Part shown: piece after piece, positions 48,351-60,093 of the stretch
How the letters are laid out: each line of letters starts with the position of its first letter
Position numbering within the stretch: the first letter of the stretch is position 1
Sequence record: SRR31156797_8480
Length of the DNA: 64,000 nucleotides
Reading direction: 5' to 3' (one strand)
The notes under the pieces: model-generated
What the model saw: the letters and a program-made list of their open reading frames with translations, nothing else
Told to the model about the DNA's origin: nothing
Database searches by the model: none
Position numbers and translations under genes: made by a program

Positions 48351-49859
48351 TTAATCTCCGTCTGCTAGCGGTTTAAAGCGGCGTAACTCGTTCAGGCGGT
48401 AACCAGTGTAGGTACCAAGTAGTAAGATTATGCCTAAAACGATGAGCTGTAGACCAATGAAGTTGAACGTTAAGTGCTGCACATATGAGTTGGTCATTGC
48501 CAGGTAAATGAGCACAGCAGTAAGCAGTGAGCCACCACCTTGCATGACCACTTCTTTAGCACCTTCTTCTTCCCATAGAATCGACATACGTTCAATGGTC
48601 CATGACAAAATGATCATCGGGAAGAAAGTAATGGTTAAACCTTCCGTCAAACCAATCTTAAATGCGACAACAGTAAAGACCGAGATAATCAATATAACGG
48701 CAATAATGACCGCGGATATCCTGGCCACTAACAATAAATTCAACTTAGAGAGGTAACTTCGAATAATCAAACCCGTGCCGACGATAAGCAAGAAGCCTAG
48801 AATACCAGTAGCAAGCTGAGTTTGAACAAAGGCTACCGCGATCAGAACTGGCATGAACGTGCCGGATGTTTTTAAACCCACAATGACACGAAGAAATACG
48901 ACGATAAGCGCACCAATCGGAATAAGCATGATGGTTTTAAACATGGCCTGTTCTTCAAGTGGCAAACTATGAATGGATAGATTTAATAAACCATCCGCTT
49001 CGACTTTGTTGTCGGTAGCTTGCTGAGGCGAAACTTCCTGCGCAATCATACTGAAGTGTACTTGGCTGTTACGGCCACCAATAACGTCAAGCAGTGAAAC
49101 ATTAGATTCATCCCAAACCAGAAGGTTAGGGTGGGTTGGCTGAGTTCCCGTTTCAGGATTAAACAGTACCCATTGCTTACCATCCCACACTTGGTTCATG
49201 TGCTGAATACTTTGACGGCGGCGGCCATCCTCAAGCTGGATAACACCAACAACCTTATTAGGCACTTCAGCGTAAGACAGCAGTTTTTGTGCCGCTTTCA
49301 CTTTACTCATGTCATTAATCAGTAGAGCTGCGTTTTGGCTTTCTGTATCGTTGAGGTTTTTGATAAGTTCACGAGTGAATGAAGTATCGTCAGCAGAACG
49401 TTTGGTTGCTTCTTCAATGAGCGCTACAGCCGCGGTTTCAACTGGGCCATCGAAAGTCGGTTTCGCGACTTCTTCACTTGGAGGCACCACGGTTGCTTTA
49501 GCCTGAGGGTCAACAAGAAATTGCGTCTTGTAGTAGATGGTTTGCGGGCCTTGGGCTTGACGGATAGACCATTCGGCTCTGCGGCCTGATTCGTCATTGA
49601 TATAGGACACACCGTAACCGGGAGAGGAGGCGGTTTCGCCGATCAGGGTATAGCCTGATTGTGTATGTGGGGCTGCTAATGAAACTTTAGCCTCTTCACC
49701 GAGAGCGTTAAACTCGATTCTTGCCTCAATATCCCAAACTTGTCGGGTTTCCCCAGGAGTCCATGGAACACCATAACTTTGGTGGCGTAAAACGCTCAAA
49801 GTAATCCCTGCCGCAATCAGTAAAAATACTGATAGATAAAATGGTACTTTTGACGTCAT
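48351..49859 (-). CDS. Inactive transglutaminase-like domain fused to a 7TM domain
   Basis: N-terminal TM, extracytoplasmic domain with a degenerate transglutaminase core (QVWDGKQWVLFNP, no Cys), C-terminal multi-TM region with GLKTSGTFMPVL. Confidence 0.82.
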   Translation of the reverse strand: MTSKVPFYLSVFLLIAAGITLSVLRHQSYGVPWTPGETRQVWDIEARIEFNALGEEAKVSLAAPHTQSGYTLIGETASSPGYGVSYINDESGRRAEWSIRQAQGPQTIYYKTQFLVDPQAKATVVPPSEEVAKPTFDGPVETAAVALIEEATKRSADDTSFTRELIKNLNDTESQNAALLINDMSKVKAAQKLLSYAEVPNKVVGVIQLEDGRRRQSIQHMNQVWDGKQWVLFNPETGTQPTHPNLLVWDESNVSLLDVIGGRNSQVHFSMIAQEVSPQQATDNKVEADGLLNLSIHSLPLEEQAMFKTIMLIPIGALIVVFLRVIVGLKTSGTFMPVLIAVAFVQTQLATGILGFLLIVGTGLIIRSYLSKLNLLLVARISAVIIAVILIISVFTVVAFKIGLTEGLTITFFPMIILSWTIERMSILWEEEGAKEVVMQGGGSLLTAVLIYLAMTNSYVQHLTFNFIGLQLIVLGIILLLGTYTGYRLNELRRFKPLADGD

Positions 49860-49877
49860 AAGTTACCTTTATTTTTG

Positions 49878-50621
49878 TTATTTATTTTTCGCTGTAAGGA
49901 TGTATTTCCGACTGACATCCACAACTGCTATGTCACGAATAAACTCGCGCCCAAGTAATATAGGATGGCTCATTTGGGAACGGTCTGCCAGCGTGAATTC
50001 CGCTTTTTCATTAATAGTACCAATTTTAACCCAAAGCTCGACAACAGCTCGTCTTTCGGTTTCTTCATTGGTCGATTGACGTATACGAACATAACGCAAA
50101 ATTGGTGCTTCTATCCAGTTATTTTCATCAGGTTTTGTAACGCCATCAGAGAGATGGAAGCGAACCCATTTCTTTCCGTTGCGTTCAAATTCTGAAATAT
50201 CTACTGCGTTGAGCGATGAGGTTGCGGCACCTGTGTCAACACGCGCATCGTAAGTTTGCTTCAGAGCTTTGATTTGGACGTGTTCAACTTCCCCGAGTAC
50301 AACCTGATGAGTCGGTGACTGGTTAGGGTATTTCGACCGATTGACGCCTTCTGTTTTAACAATGATTTTCGGTTCAGGCGGTGTAGTAATTTTCTTGAGT
50401 TCTTTTACCTCTTCCGATAAATCAAGAACCTTAGTTTCCAAACTATCGATATAGTCATTCTGATTACTTAGCTGTAATTCTATATTGTTTATTTTATTGG
50501 TGATTTCTAAGTTCGAATGATGAATGGCAGAAAGAGTGGCTTGATGATATTCATCGCCTTTCATTAATGTGCAACCAGAAAGCATGCTTAGAGCTACGAT
50601 TGGTGCTATGCGCTTAAACAT
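49878..50621 (-). CDS. Lipoprotein retropepsin-like protease (often annotated as putative ATP-dependent zinc protease)
   Basis: Lipobox LSGC, coiled coil, ARVDTGAATSSL and ILLGREF aspartic-protease motifs. Confidence 0.82.
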   Translation of the reverse strand: MFKRIAPIVALSMLSGCTLMKGDEYHQATLSAIHHSNLEITNKINNIELQLSNQNDYIDSLETKVLDLSEEVKELKKITTPPEPKIIVKTEGVNRSKYPNQSPTHQVVLGEVEHVQIKALKQTYDARVDTGAATSSLNAVDISEFERNGKKWVRFHLSDGVTKPDENNWIEAPILRYVRIRQSTNEETERRAVVELWVKIGTINEKAEFTLADRSQMSHPILLGREFIRDIAVVDVSRKYILTAKNK

Positions 50622-50734
50622 TGACGGCCTTATCTATTTGTTTTTCGGTGTGATAATTGGTGAACGAGGATGCTGAGCACATCCTTGTTGTAGAATAACG
50701 GTGAATGGAATGAAGAGCGTTAAAACTGTGTCAA

Positions 50735-51706
50735 TTATGGGTTCTTAGCCACTAAAATCGCGCGTCGTGGCGCGGGATAGCCTTCCACCGTTTTTGTTGG
50801 GTCATTTGGATCGATGTAATCAGGTAAAGAATTGTGTGTCATCCACTCAGTAGAGCGTTGTTCGCCCAATGTTGTCACATTCTCATCAACGATTTTGACA
50901 TCAACAAAGCCGACTTTTTCCAGCCAAGCTTTTAAAGCAAGTGCTGATGGGAAGAAATAGACATTGCGCATTTGAGCATAACGGTCAAACGGTACAAGCA
51001 CCGCATTTTCGTCGCCTTCGATAACCAGAGTCTCGAGAATCAGTTCACCACCTGATACAAGTTGGCTTTTAAGCTGAATCAGATGATCTAAAGGCGAACG
51101 GCGGTGATACAACACGCCCATGCTGAACACCGTATCAAATGCTTGTAACTCTGGGAGCTGTTCGATACCCAGTGGAAGCAAATGAACTTTGTCATTGCCA
51201 CCCATTAGTTTACGAACGGCTTCAAACTGAATCAGAAATAGTTCAGAAGGGTCAATACCAATAACCTGGTGCGCACCTTCACCCAACATGCGCCACATGT
51301 GGTAACCATTGCCACAGCCTACATCGAGAACAGAACGGTTCTTTAGTGGTGAGATATGGGGTAGAAGACGGTCCCATTTCCAGTCAGAGCGCCATTCAGT
51401 ATCAATATGGATACCGTGCAAATGGTATGGACCTTTACGCCATGGGTGGAATGTTTTTAATAAATTCTCTAACTTTTTCTGTTCGCCGGAAGGGAGAGGT
51501 TCGTTGTTGCCAACCGTTACGGATTCTTTCAAATCAATGTGATCAGGAGTATTGGTTGAGATTTTGTTTAACGCGCGTTCCCAGCGAGCCATATCGCCAT
51601 GGGCTTTCTCTTGCCAGTCGGTTAGCTGTTGAGGCAAAACATTGAGCCAAGGCTGCAGGCGGGTGTCTTGCGCAAGCAATTGATAGACACTAGCAAAATT
51701 CAACAT
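50735..51706 (-). CDS. cmoB: tRNA U34 carboxymethyltransferase
   Basis: [17 protein letters not shown] and GVLYHRRSP motifs. Confidence 0.96.
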   Translation of the reverse strand: MLNFASVYQLLAQDTRLQPWLNVLPQQLTDWQEKAHGDMARWERALNKISTNTPDHIDLKESVTVGNNEPLPSGEQKKLENLLKTFHPWRKGPYHLHGIHIDTEWRSDWKWDRLLPHISPLKNRSVLDVGCGNGYHMWRMLGEGAHQVIGIDPSELFLIQFEAVRKLMGGNDKVHLLPLGIEQLPELQAFDTVFSMGVLYHRRSPLDHLIQLKSQLVSGGELILETLVIEGDENAVLVPFDRYAQMRNVYFFPSALALKAWLEKVGFVDVKIVDENVTTLGEQRSTEWMTHNSLPDYIDPNDPTKTVEGYPAPRRAILVAKNP

Positions 51707-51805
51707 GAAGAATCCTAAACAAATTAATTAACCCTAGATATTTCAATGGATAACCGCTAGTGGCTAGGGACGTACCAGCAGTCAAAATTCTGTATCTGTT
51801 TTTGC

Positions 51806-52582
<777 letters not shown>

Positions 52583-52663
52583 TCACGAAAAGGGGCGTAT
52601 TTTAAGAGAAAATGTGGCATCTGTCATTATAGTCACGTCATCAAATCATCCAGAGCCCTGAAA

Positions 52664-53527
52664 TTAAAACATACTGAGTTGATTATTATCGCTTTGTGCC
52701 GGAAATGGCCCTAAGTTCGGCAATGTAATTAATGTCTGCATTTTTTCATATAAAGACAGTGCTAACTCAGGTGCGTAGTTGTTATCTGGCGTATGAATCA
52801 TTACGTAAGGCTGCTTACCTTCTGCCATCCACAGCGGCAGTTTCTTCAACCAAGGTTCAAAAAAAGGCAAATTTGCGTCTAAATCAGGATGGCCAATAAA
52901 ACGAATCATGGGTTTATTCCCGGTAGAAATCGCATGGACTGGTACCCGAGGCTTTTTCTGCTGAGCATCGATAATCGCCTCATTATCGCGCTTTGCTGAG
53001 AACAGCGGGCGGCTGTCCATAATAATACGGTCGATATTTTCTTCATTCAGCCATTGATTGAGTGCTTTCTCTTCTTCCCCTTTAGCGAAAAAACTTGGAT
53101 GTCGAACTTCAACACTGAGCGGAAACTGAGCCGGAAAGTATTGGCGGAACTTAATCAATTGCTGAAGATGTTGCGGTCCAAATGCAGCAGGAAGCTGAAT
53201 TGTCCACATCCCTACGCGTTCGTGCAGAGGTTCCATCAGACTCATAAAGCTTTTGAGCTCGTCCTGACAACCGGACAGCAGGTTTTGGTGCGTGATAGCT
53301 TTGGGTAACTTAAACGTAAATCGAAAGTCTTGATGTGTCGCTGACTTCCAATTATTGACGGTCGATGGAGAAGGGGAGGCATAGAAGGTCGTGTTTCCTT
53401 CCACAGTGTGAAAAACCTGAGCGTATTTCTCCAGCCTTTGTGCACCCTGAGTGCCACTTCCATAGAAATGTTGTTGCCAAAATGGGTGTGACCACATAGT
53501 CAGCCCTAGTCGGAGTGGGTATTGCAT
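52664..53527 (-). CDS. DUF72 (YecE-like) protein
   Basis: TVEGNTTFYA, FTFKLP, QLPAAF and EVRH motifs. Confidence 0.88.
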   Translation of the reverse strand: MQYPLRLGLTMWSHPFWQQHFYGSGTQGAQRLEKYAQVFHTVEGNTTFYASPSPSTVNNWKSATHQDFRFTFKLPKAITHQNLLSGCQDELKSFMSLMEPLHERVGMWTIQLPAAFGPQHLQQLIKFRQYFPAQFPLSVEVRHPSFFAKGEEEKALNQWLNEENIDRIIMDSRPLFSAKRDNEAIIDAQQKKPRVPVHAISTGNKPMIRFIGHPDLDANLPFFEPWLKKLPLWMAEGKQPYVMIHTPDNNYAPELALSLYEKMQTLITLPNLGPFPAQSDNNQLSMF

Positions 53528-53856
53528 TTAAATAACGGTTCTCTTAATTGCTGAGCGTGATTTATTCATTTTATTATTACGAGAGTTTTGAAGATTACCC
53601 TCTTTTAGCGCTATAATCAGCGCCTATTTTTTCATGTTGCAGATAGCTCTTTTCGCGGTAATCTCGCTAAAATGGCGCTTTATTGTACTAAATGTCAGCA
53701 ACGATGGATAAAACACAACAAATTATATGTTTGAAGGTCGATTTTAAACGTCTTTCAGCGTATAAATGGAACTTTTCCGCGACACAGTGTTTTCTGTAAA
53801 AGCTGACTGTGTCGTATAGAATTTGATGACTTATTATAGAGATTGGGAATTTCATT

Positions 53857-55632
53857 ATGCGTAGCCATTATTGTGGTCACCTGAACAAGTCCCTTGCAGG
53901 ACAAACTGTGGAACTGTGCGGTTGGGTTAACCGCCGTCGTGATTTAGGCGGTCTTATCTTCATTGATATGCGAGATCGTGAAGGTATCGTTCAGGTTGTT
54001 GTCGACCCAGATATGGCAGATGTTTTTGAAGTTGCTAACCAACTTCGTAATGAATTCTGTATCAAGCTAACGGGCGAAGTACGTGCGCGTCCTGATAGCC
54101 AAGTAAACAAAGATATGGCTACCGGTGAAGTTGAAATTTTGGCGACAGGCCTTTCAATTGTTAACCGCAGCGACGTTCTACCACTGGATTTCAACCAGAA
54201 GAACTCTGAAGAGCAGCGTCTGAAATATCGTTACCTGGATTTGCGTCGTCCTGAAATGAGCGATCGCATTAAATTGCGCGCTAAAGCGTCTAGCTTTGTT
54301 CGTCGTTTCCTTGATAGCAACGATTTCCTTGATATCGAAACACCAGTACTGACTAAAGCGACTCCAGAAGGTGCTCGTGACTACTTAGTACCTAGCCGTG
54401 TTCATAAAGGTAGCTTTTACGCGCTTCCTCAATCACCTCAGCTATTCAAACAGCTGCTGATGATGTCTGGTTTCGACCGTTACTACCAAATCGTTAAGTG
54501 TTTCCGTGATGAAGACTTACGTGCTGATCGTCAGCCTGAATTCACCCAGATCGATATCGAAACCTCATTCATGAGCGCAGAGCAAGTTCGTGCTGTGACT
54601 GAAAAAATGATTCGTGAAATGTGGCTAGAGCTGAAAGATGTGGATTTGGGTGAGTTCCCAATCATGCCTTACGAAGAAGCGATGCGTCGTTTCGGTAGTG
54701 ACAAGCCGGATCTACGTAACCCACTTGAGTTGGTTGATGTTGCTGATCTACTTAAAGACGTTGAGTTTAAAGTATTCTCAGGTCCAGCTAATGATGAAGA
54801 TGGCCGTGTAGCCGCTTTACGCGTTCCTGGTGGTGCTTCTCTAAGCCGTAAGCAAATTGATGAGTACACATCTTTTGTTGCTATCTACGGTGCGAAAGGT
54901 CTGGCTTGGATGAAAGTTAATGACCTGGAAGCGGGTGTAGAAGGCATTCAGTCTCCAGTAGCTAAGTTCCTAAACGAAGAAATTATTACGTCTATCGTTG
55001 AACGTACTGGCGCTCAAACTGGCGATATCATCCTGTTTGGTGCTGATAAAGCTAATGTCGTTGCGGAAGCTATCGGCGCACTACGTCTTAAAGTTGGTAG
55101 AGACCTAGAGCTGACAGATACTTCAGCTTGGGCTCCACTTTGGGTTATTGATTTCCCAATGTTTGAAGCCGATGGTGAAGGTAACGTTGCAGCAATGCAC
55201 CACCCATTCACGTCTCCGCTGAACATGACACCGGAAGAGCTAAAAGCTAACCCGTCATCAGCACTTTCAAACGCTTACGATATGGTTATCAACGGCTACG
55301 AAGTTGGTGGTGGTTCTGTTCGTATTCACAATGCGGAAATGCAGGCAGCAGTATTTGATCTGTTGGGTATTGAAGCTGACGAACAAAAGCTTAAGTTTGG
55401 CTTCTTACTGGACGCGCTTAAGTTTGGTACTCCGCCACACGCAGGTCTTGCGTTTGGCCTTGACCGTTTGGTTATGTTGCTATGTGGTACTGATAACATT
55501 CGTGATGTTATCGCGTTCCCTAAAACAACAGCAGCTGCATGTCTTCTTACTGATGCTCCAAGTCTGGCAAACCCTGCGGCACTTGAAGAACTTGCTATTG
55601 CTGTTACTGCAGCAAAAGAGAAAGAAGCATAA
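53857..55632 (+). CDS. aspS: Aspartate--tRNA ligase
   Basis: [30 protein letters not shown] and GLDR motifs. Confidence 0.98.
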   Translation: MRSHYCGHLNKSLAGQTVELCGWVNRRRDLGGLIFIDMRDREGIVQVVVDPDMADVFEVANQLRNEFCIKLTGEVRARPDSQVNKDMATGEVEILATGLSIVNRSDVLPLDFNQKNSEEQRLKYRYLDLRRPEMSDRIKLRAKASSFVRRFLDSNDFLDIETPVLTKATPEGARDYLVPSRVHKGSFYALPQSPQLFKQLLMMSGFDRYYQIVKCFRDEDLRADRQPEFTQIDIETSFMSAEQVRAVTEKMIREMWLELKDVDLGEFPIMPYEEAMRRFGSDKPDLRNPLELVDVADLLKDVEFKVFSGPANDEDGRVAALRVPGGASLSRKQIDEYTSFVAIYGAKGLAWMKVNDLEAGVEGIQSPVAKFLNEEIITSIVERTGAQTGDIILFGADKANVVAEAIGALRLKVGRDLELTDTSAWAPLWVIDFPMFEADGEGNVAAMHHPFTSPLNMTPEELKANPSSALSNAYDMVINGYEVGGGSVRIHNAEMQAAVFDLLGIEADEQKLKFGFLLDALKFGTPPHAGLAFGLDRLVMLLCGTDNIRDVIAFPKTTAAACLLTDAPSLANPAALEELAIAVTAAKEKEA

Positions 55633-55661
55633 TCGTTGTAGATTAGCGAAACAGACCCTTG

Positions 55662-55688
55662 AGGGTGGCAAACATTGCCACCCTTTTT
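55662..55688 (+). terminator. aspS terminator
   Basis: AGGGTGGCAA-ACA-TTGCCACCCTTTTT. Confidence 0.85.
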
Positions 55689-55781
55689 ATTGTCTATGTG
55701 ATAGTGGATCAAAGTATGCGAGTTCTTAGCTTTGTATAATCCCGCACAAATGAATATTGAATAAGATAGGAAGCTCTCCCT

Positions 55782-56360
55782 TTGGCTCAGATGTATTTTT
55801 ATTACTCTGCAATGAACGCAGGTAAATCAACCACACTGTTGCAATCTTCTTTTAACTATAAAGAACGCGGTATGACGCCGGTTATTTTCACTGCAGCGAT
55901 TGATGACCGTTATGGCATTGGCAAAGTGAGCTCTCGTATCGGCTTAGAAGCGGAAGCGCATCTGTTTCAGTCAGACACTGATCTACTGGAAGCGATTACT
56001 AGACTCAATCAAGATGAAAAGCGTCACTGTGTGATGATTGATGAGTGCCAGTTTTTATCTAAAGAGCAGGTTTATCAGTTGACTGAAGTGGTCGATAAAC
56101 TGCGTATTCCAGTGCTTTGCTACGGTTTACGTACCGACTTTTTAGGCGAGCTTTTTGAAGGTAGTAAATACCTGCTTTCATGGGCAGATAAGCTCGTGGA
56201 ACTGAAAACGATTTGCCACTGTGGGCGCAAAGCAAACATGGTTATTCGTACCGACGAACACGGTAATGCTATTTCAGAAGGTGATCAGGTTGCTATCGGT
56301 GGCAATGACAAATACGTTTCTGTCTGTCGTATGCATTACAAAGAGGCGTTAGGTAAGTAG
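55782..56360 (+). CDS. tdk: Thymidine kinase
   Basis: [22 protein letters not shown] and zinc-site cysteines; TTG start. Confidence 0.95.
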   Translation: MAQMYFYYSAMNAGKSTTLLQSSFNYKERGMTPVIFTAAIDDRYGIGKVSSRIGLEAEAHLFQSDTDLLEAITRLNQDEKRHCVMIDECQFLSKEQVYQLTEVVDKLRIPVLCYGLRTDFLGELFEGSKYLLSWADKLVELKTICHCGRKANMVIRTDEHGNAISEGDQVAIGGNDKYVSVCRMHYKEALGK

Positions 56361-56384
56361 TTCCTTAAAACGTTCTTCACATTT

Positions 56385-56411
56385 AAAAGGATGGCAGAGC
56401 CATCCTTTTTT
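56385..56411. terminator. Bidirectional terminator between tdk and the YdcF-like gene
   Basis: AAAAGGATGGC-AGA-GCCATCCTTTTTT. Confidence 0.85.
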
Positions 56412-56418
56412 GATCTGC

Positions 56419-57051
56419 TCAAGCGATTAACGGTTTTAAAGCCTGATAAGCAGCGAGTGCCTCTTCGGGGATTTCCTGTTCAATTTGAAACCCTTGTTTT
56501 GGATAACTCTGAATACGTTCAAAATCACCAAGCATTGCTTCGATAACAAAATCTAACGTTAAGTCTTCAGTTAAATAGTCAAAGATACTGTTAGCCTGAG
56601 AGGTGACTTGTAGCGATTCAATTTCGTCTGGCCACTGTTTCATTAGCGTAGCGTAAGCTCTGCGTTCCATATATGGCTTTTGAACCAGAATAATACGCTT
56701 AGGAGAGAACCCTTTACTGTTAAGCAGTTGATGAGTGAACAAGACATTTTCGCCACTGTTGGTAGAACGAGGTTCAAGCAGCATAGCATCACTAGGTAAG
56801 CCGCAATCTTTTGCTACTCGAGCAAACGTGACTGCTTCACTGTGATCAAACAGTTCATCAGTAAAACGACCTCGACCGCCAGAGAAAACAACTAAAGGTG
56901 CAAGGCCTTGGTGATACAGGCTTGTCGCAATTTCTGCGACTCGGGTATCGTTACTACAAAACACCAAAATGGCATCGGCGGGCGTGAGTTTATGCCCCAT
57001 TTGCATGTACTGCCACATTGTTTCTAAATGCTGATAAAGTCGCTTACTCAT
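56419..57051 (-). CDS. YdcF / DUF218 family protein
   Basis: FSGGRG, EPRSTNSGEN and VQKPYMERRA motifs. Confidence 0.85.
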   Translation of the reverse strand: MSKRLYQHLETMWQYMQMGHKLTPADAILVFCSNDTRVAEIATSLYHQGLAPLVVFSGGRGRFTDELFDHSEAVTFARVAKDCGLPSDAMLLEPRSTNSGENVLFTHQLLNSKGFSPKRIILVQKPYMERRAYATLMKQWPDEIESLQVTSQANSIFDYLTEDLTLDFVIEAMLGDFERIQSYPKQGFQIEQEIPEEALAAYQALKPLIA

Positions 57052-57871
57052 CGCTTTGCAGAGCCTCTAATGTGTTTGAAAAACAAAACTGATATCCCGC
57101 TTGCGTTAGCTTGTCACTGACGATTTTCTTGTCCGGTAGATCGACAATGGGAGGTAACGGTTCATCGGAATCGACGGAGTTGAGCGCAGCTTGATAAAAC
57201 TCAGCCTTGCTTACCGTCGTTGGCGTAGTAGCGTTAATAATCTCATTATCTAAGTGCTGTAAGGCAAACGTCACCGCACCAACGGCATCGATTAAATGAA
57301 GCATATTCGCTGGAGCCAAACGGCTTACTTGCTTGAGTTTACTGGCGAAACGAGCTGGGTGCCGATTGGGGCCGATTAAGCCGCTACAGCGAACGATAGC
57401 GTAATTCAGGCCTGAGTCTACGACACTTTGCTCTGCTCGCAACATACGTTTCGCATTGGTTGAGAATTCAGGGTTATTTTCAGCAAGCGCTAAAGAGGCA
57501 TCGGTTTCGATCATTGCATTTGGGAGGTCAGGGTAAACGGTGGTAGAGCTGACCATAATGATTTTTCGGACTTTAGCGCGCTTAGCTTGTTCTACAAGGT
57601 TGGCCCATTGACCAATGTACTCGTCACCTTGACCACGACGAAATCCGGGAGGAAAACAGCCAATAATTGCGTCACATGACGAAAGCGCTATGCCTTCTTC
57701 TGCCGGTTCTTCATTTAAATTACAGAGAAAACCTTTGATACCTTGCTGTATAAGCTCATTAATACCAGACTCGGTGGTTTTACTGGCGAAAACCTGATAA
57801 CCGAGCTGCTGTAAGTGTTTTGCTAGCGGTAAACCCAGCCAACCGGCTCCAATAACGGCAATGCTTTCCAT
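57044..57871 (-). CDS. NAD(P)-binding Rossmann-fold epimerase/dehydratase-like protein (YeeZ-like)
   Basis: IGAGWLG, SSTTVY and RCSGLIGPNRHP motifs. Confidence 0.85.
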   Translation of the reverse strand: MESIAVIGAGWLGLPLAKHLQQLGYQVFASKTTESGINELIQQGIKGFLCNLNEEPAEEGIALSSCDAIIGCFPPGFRRGQGDEYIGQWANLVEQAKRAKVRKIIMVSSTTVYPDLPNAMIETDASLALAENNPEFSTNAKRMLRAEQSVVDSGLNYAIVRCSGLIGPNRHPARFASKLKQVSRLAPANMLHLIDAVGAVTFALQHLDNEIINATTPTTVSKAEFYQAALNSVDSDEPLPPIVDLPDKKIVSDKLTQAGYQFCFSNTLEALQSDE

Positions 57872-58127
57872 CGTGTTCTACCTCATTTAACAGGGCAATG
57901 ACTGAACGGAAAATAGTATCGGTTGTATAACATGATTACCAACTTATATGTGAGATATTGAAATTAAATATTGAATATAGTGTTCACAACTAACCTTCTG
58001 AATATTTGGCATTTTATTCCTAAACCGATTGTATTAAAGTGTCTGCATACGCTATTTATCGTTTTTGTATAGGTAGTGGTTCGGGTTGTTATTATTCAAA
58101 AAATATAAAAATTACAAGGTTTCATTC

Positions 58128-59456
58128 ATGGCAAATTTCAGAATGACACTGTTGGCGACGGCAGTGGTTGCTCTTGCAGGGTGTCAAAGTACCTCAGAGC
58201 CGGTATCTCTTACCCAAGAAACAAATCAAGTTGAGCAGTCTATTGATGTTCAAGCGTCAGAAATAACGAGCTCTTATCAAGATTGGCTATCTGTTTTAAA
58301 AGAGAGCGATGATTTAGTTCTTTATTCACCTCTTCACTTTCGTGAGCTAGCCGAAGCATGGACCAGTGCGACAGAGGTTTATAAAGAGATTGAAGCAAAT
58401 CCTAAATTAATCGGTGAAGACTACTCACTTTTCTCCAGTAAAACGTACCGTCAAGTCTATGAAGAGAACATCGTAAAAGTTGACTCCTCATTCCAAGCTT
58501 TACAAACGTTTAAAGCCAAAGCTGATAGCGTTTTAGCGGATTCTATTGCTCAAATGGCGTACTTGGATAGTATCGATACTAAGAGTCATTTTTCTTCAGA
58601 TTACAAAAAAATTGATAGTGACTATCGCAATTTGTTTATCGATGTTCGTGACGATAAGTTAGAGTCAGCTCAAGAGAAACAAGTTAAGTTTTTGGCCAAA
58701 GCTAAGCTGTTAGAAATCAAAGTTAACCACAAGCTTTACATTGAGCCGCTAGAAAAAGAAGCGGCATTGCAGAAGAAAGAAGGGTTGTCTCGTGTTGCTC
58801 CGTTAACCTTTAAGCGCGTTGAAAGCGAGATCACGTTGGCAACGAATGTCGTTGCGACAAACCCTCGTGATACTCAGTCGATTGAAAAAGCGGTTGCTCG
58901 CGTGCAGTTTGAGTTAAAACACGTTGCTCAAGTGGCGCATCAGGTAAAACTTTTAGCTGCTATTGAAGACGACAAGTTTGAAGCGACAGTACTTGAGATG
59001 GAAAATAACCTGTACGCGATTTCTCAGGAGATCGATGGCGCAGACTACCGCGATACAATGCTACGTCAGCAGGCTGATCGAATCTTAGCGAGTGTGAGCA
59101 GTTTAAAATCAGCCGATAAAACGAATGAACTGAAAGATGAGCTTACCGCTCTTAAGCAAAAAGTTGAGCAGTTAGAAGCTGACAACCGTAAGCAGAAGGA
59201 AGCTTTGGCTCAAGCGCAGCAACGCGAACAGCAGCTAAAGCAGCAAAAAGTACGCGACGATCAGTATATTCAGCGTATGGATGAGCTCGTGGCTTCTCTC
59301 AAGCAGCTGCAAACCACAGGGGAGCAGGGCAGTGCTGTTCCAGTCGAAGCGGAAAAATCAGCACAAGTTGAAACCAGTGAATTAGAAACTGAGATCCAGC
59401 CAGTCGACGATGCCACTGTCGCTCCTGAAGCTTCGGCACCGAATGAAGCCGGTTAA
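58128..59456 (+). CDS. Uncharacterised coiled-coil lipoprotein
   Basis: Lipobox LAGC, helical body, Q/E/K-rich coiled coil and acidic low-complexity tail. Confidence 0.75.
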   Translation: MANFRMTLLATAVVALAGCQSTSEPVSLTQETNQVEQSIDVQASEITSSYQDWLSVLKESDDLVLYSPLHFRELAEAWTSATEVYKEIEANPKLIGEDYSLFSSKTYRQVYEENIVKVDSSFQALQTFKAKADSVLADSIAQMAYLDSIDTKSHFSSDYKKIDSDYRNLFIDVRDDKLESAQEKQVKFLAKAKLLEIKVNHKLYIEPLEKEAALQKKEGLSRVAPLTFKRVESEITLATNVVATNPRDTQSIEKAVARVQFELKHVAQVAHQVKLLAAIEDDKFEATVLEMENNLYAISQEIDGADYRDTMLRQQADRILASVSSLKSADKTNELKDELTALKQKVEQLEADNRKQKEALAQAQQREQQLKQQKVRDDQYIQRMDELVASLKQLQTTGEQGSAVPVEAEKSAQVETSELETEIQPVDDATVAPEASAPNEAG

Positions 59457-59467
59457 TCAACAAAACC

Positions 59468-59494
59468 AAAAAGAGCGCCAAAGGCGCTCTTTTT
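59468..59494. terminator. Bidirectional terminator
   Basis: AAAAAGAGCGCC-AAA-GGCGCTCTTTTT. Confidence 0.87.
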
Positions 59495-59517
59495 ATATCT
59501 GATACCTCAGACTGTCA

Positions 59518-59751
59518 TCAGGTGTTTAATACTCGCAAAATACGCTCTGCATTCTCAGCAATTTCAATACCTTCGTCTGTTAAGTAGCCCCCGTCTGGCA
59601 TGGTGCATAAGCCTTTATCGTGAAGTCGTTTAGCAGCAGACTGTAATGCTTCTCCGGCTTCGCTATGGACTTTAATCCCTGTAGCAGAGCTGCTGATATC
59701 GAATTGAACAAGCAGGTTTAATTCGTCTAAGTGTTGTTGAGAAAATTTCAT
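59518..59751 (-). CDS. TIGR02647-family small protein
   Basis: GIKVH and PDGGYLTDEG motifs, 77 aa. Confidence 0.75.
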   Translation of the reverse strand: MKFSQQHLDELNLLVQFDISSSATGIKVHSEAGEALQSAAKRLHDKGLCTMPDGGYLTDEGIEIAENAERILRVLNT

Positions 59752-60093
59752 GACACACCCTTATTACTCGTTAAGTTAGCTTCACAATAGGCCGAGCTTT
59801 TAAAAGACGCAATCATCGAAAAACAGAAGTGTTATCTAGAACCACTATGGCTGTTTTTTGGCCGTTAGCCCTGATGACACAGACGCTAATGATAATGTTG
59901 AACCTAATAAGTATTTGTTATTCAGACGATAAAATTGATTACCAATGAATATCACTTTTGTTGCTTATCGTTATCTTTTTTATCTCACACTTAAAACAGT
60001 TTTAGTTAACATAAAAAAGCCCTTGAATAAAAATAGAATTGGAGCGAATATCGCCGCTCATTCAGGTTTTGTATCAAAATGTAACGGTTTAAC

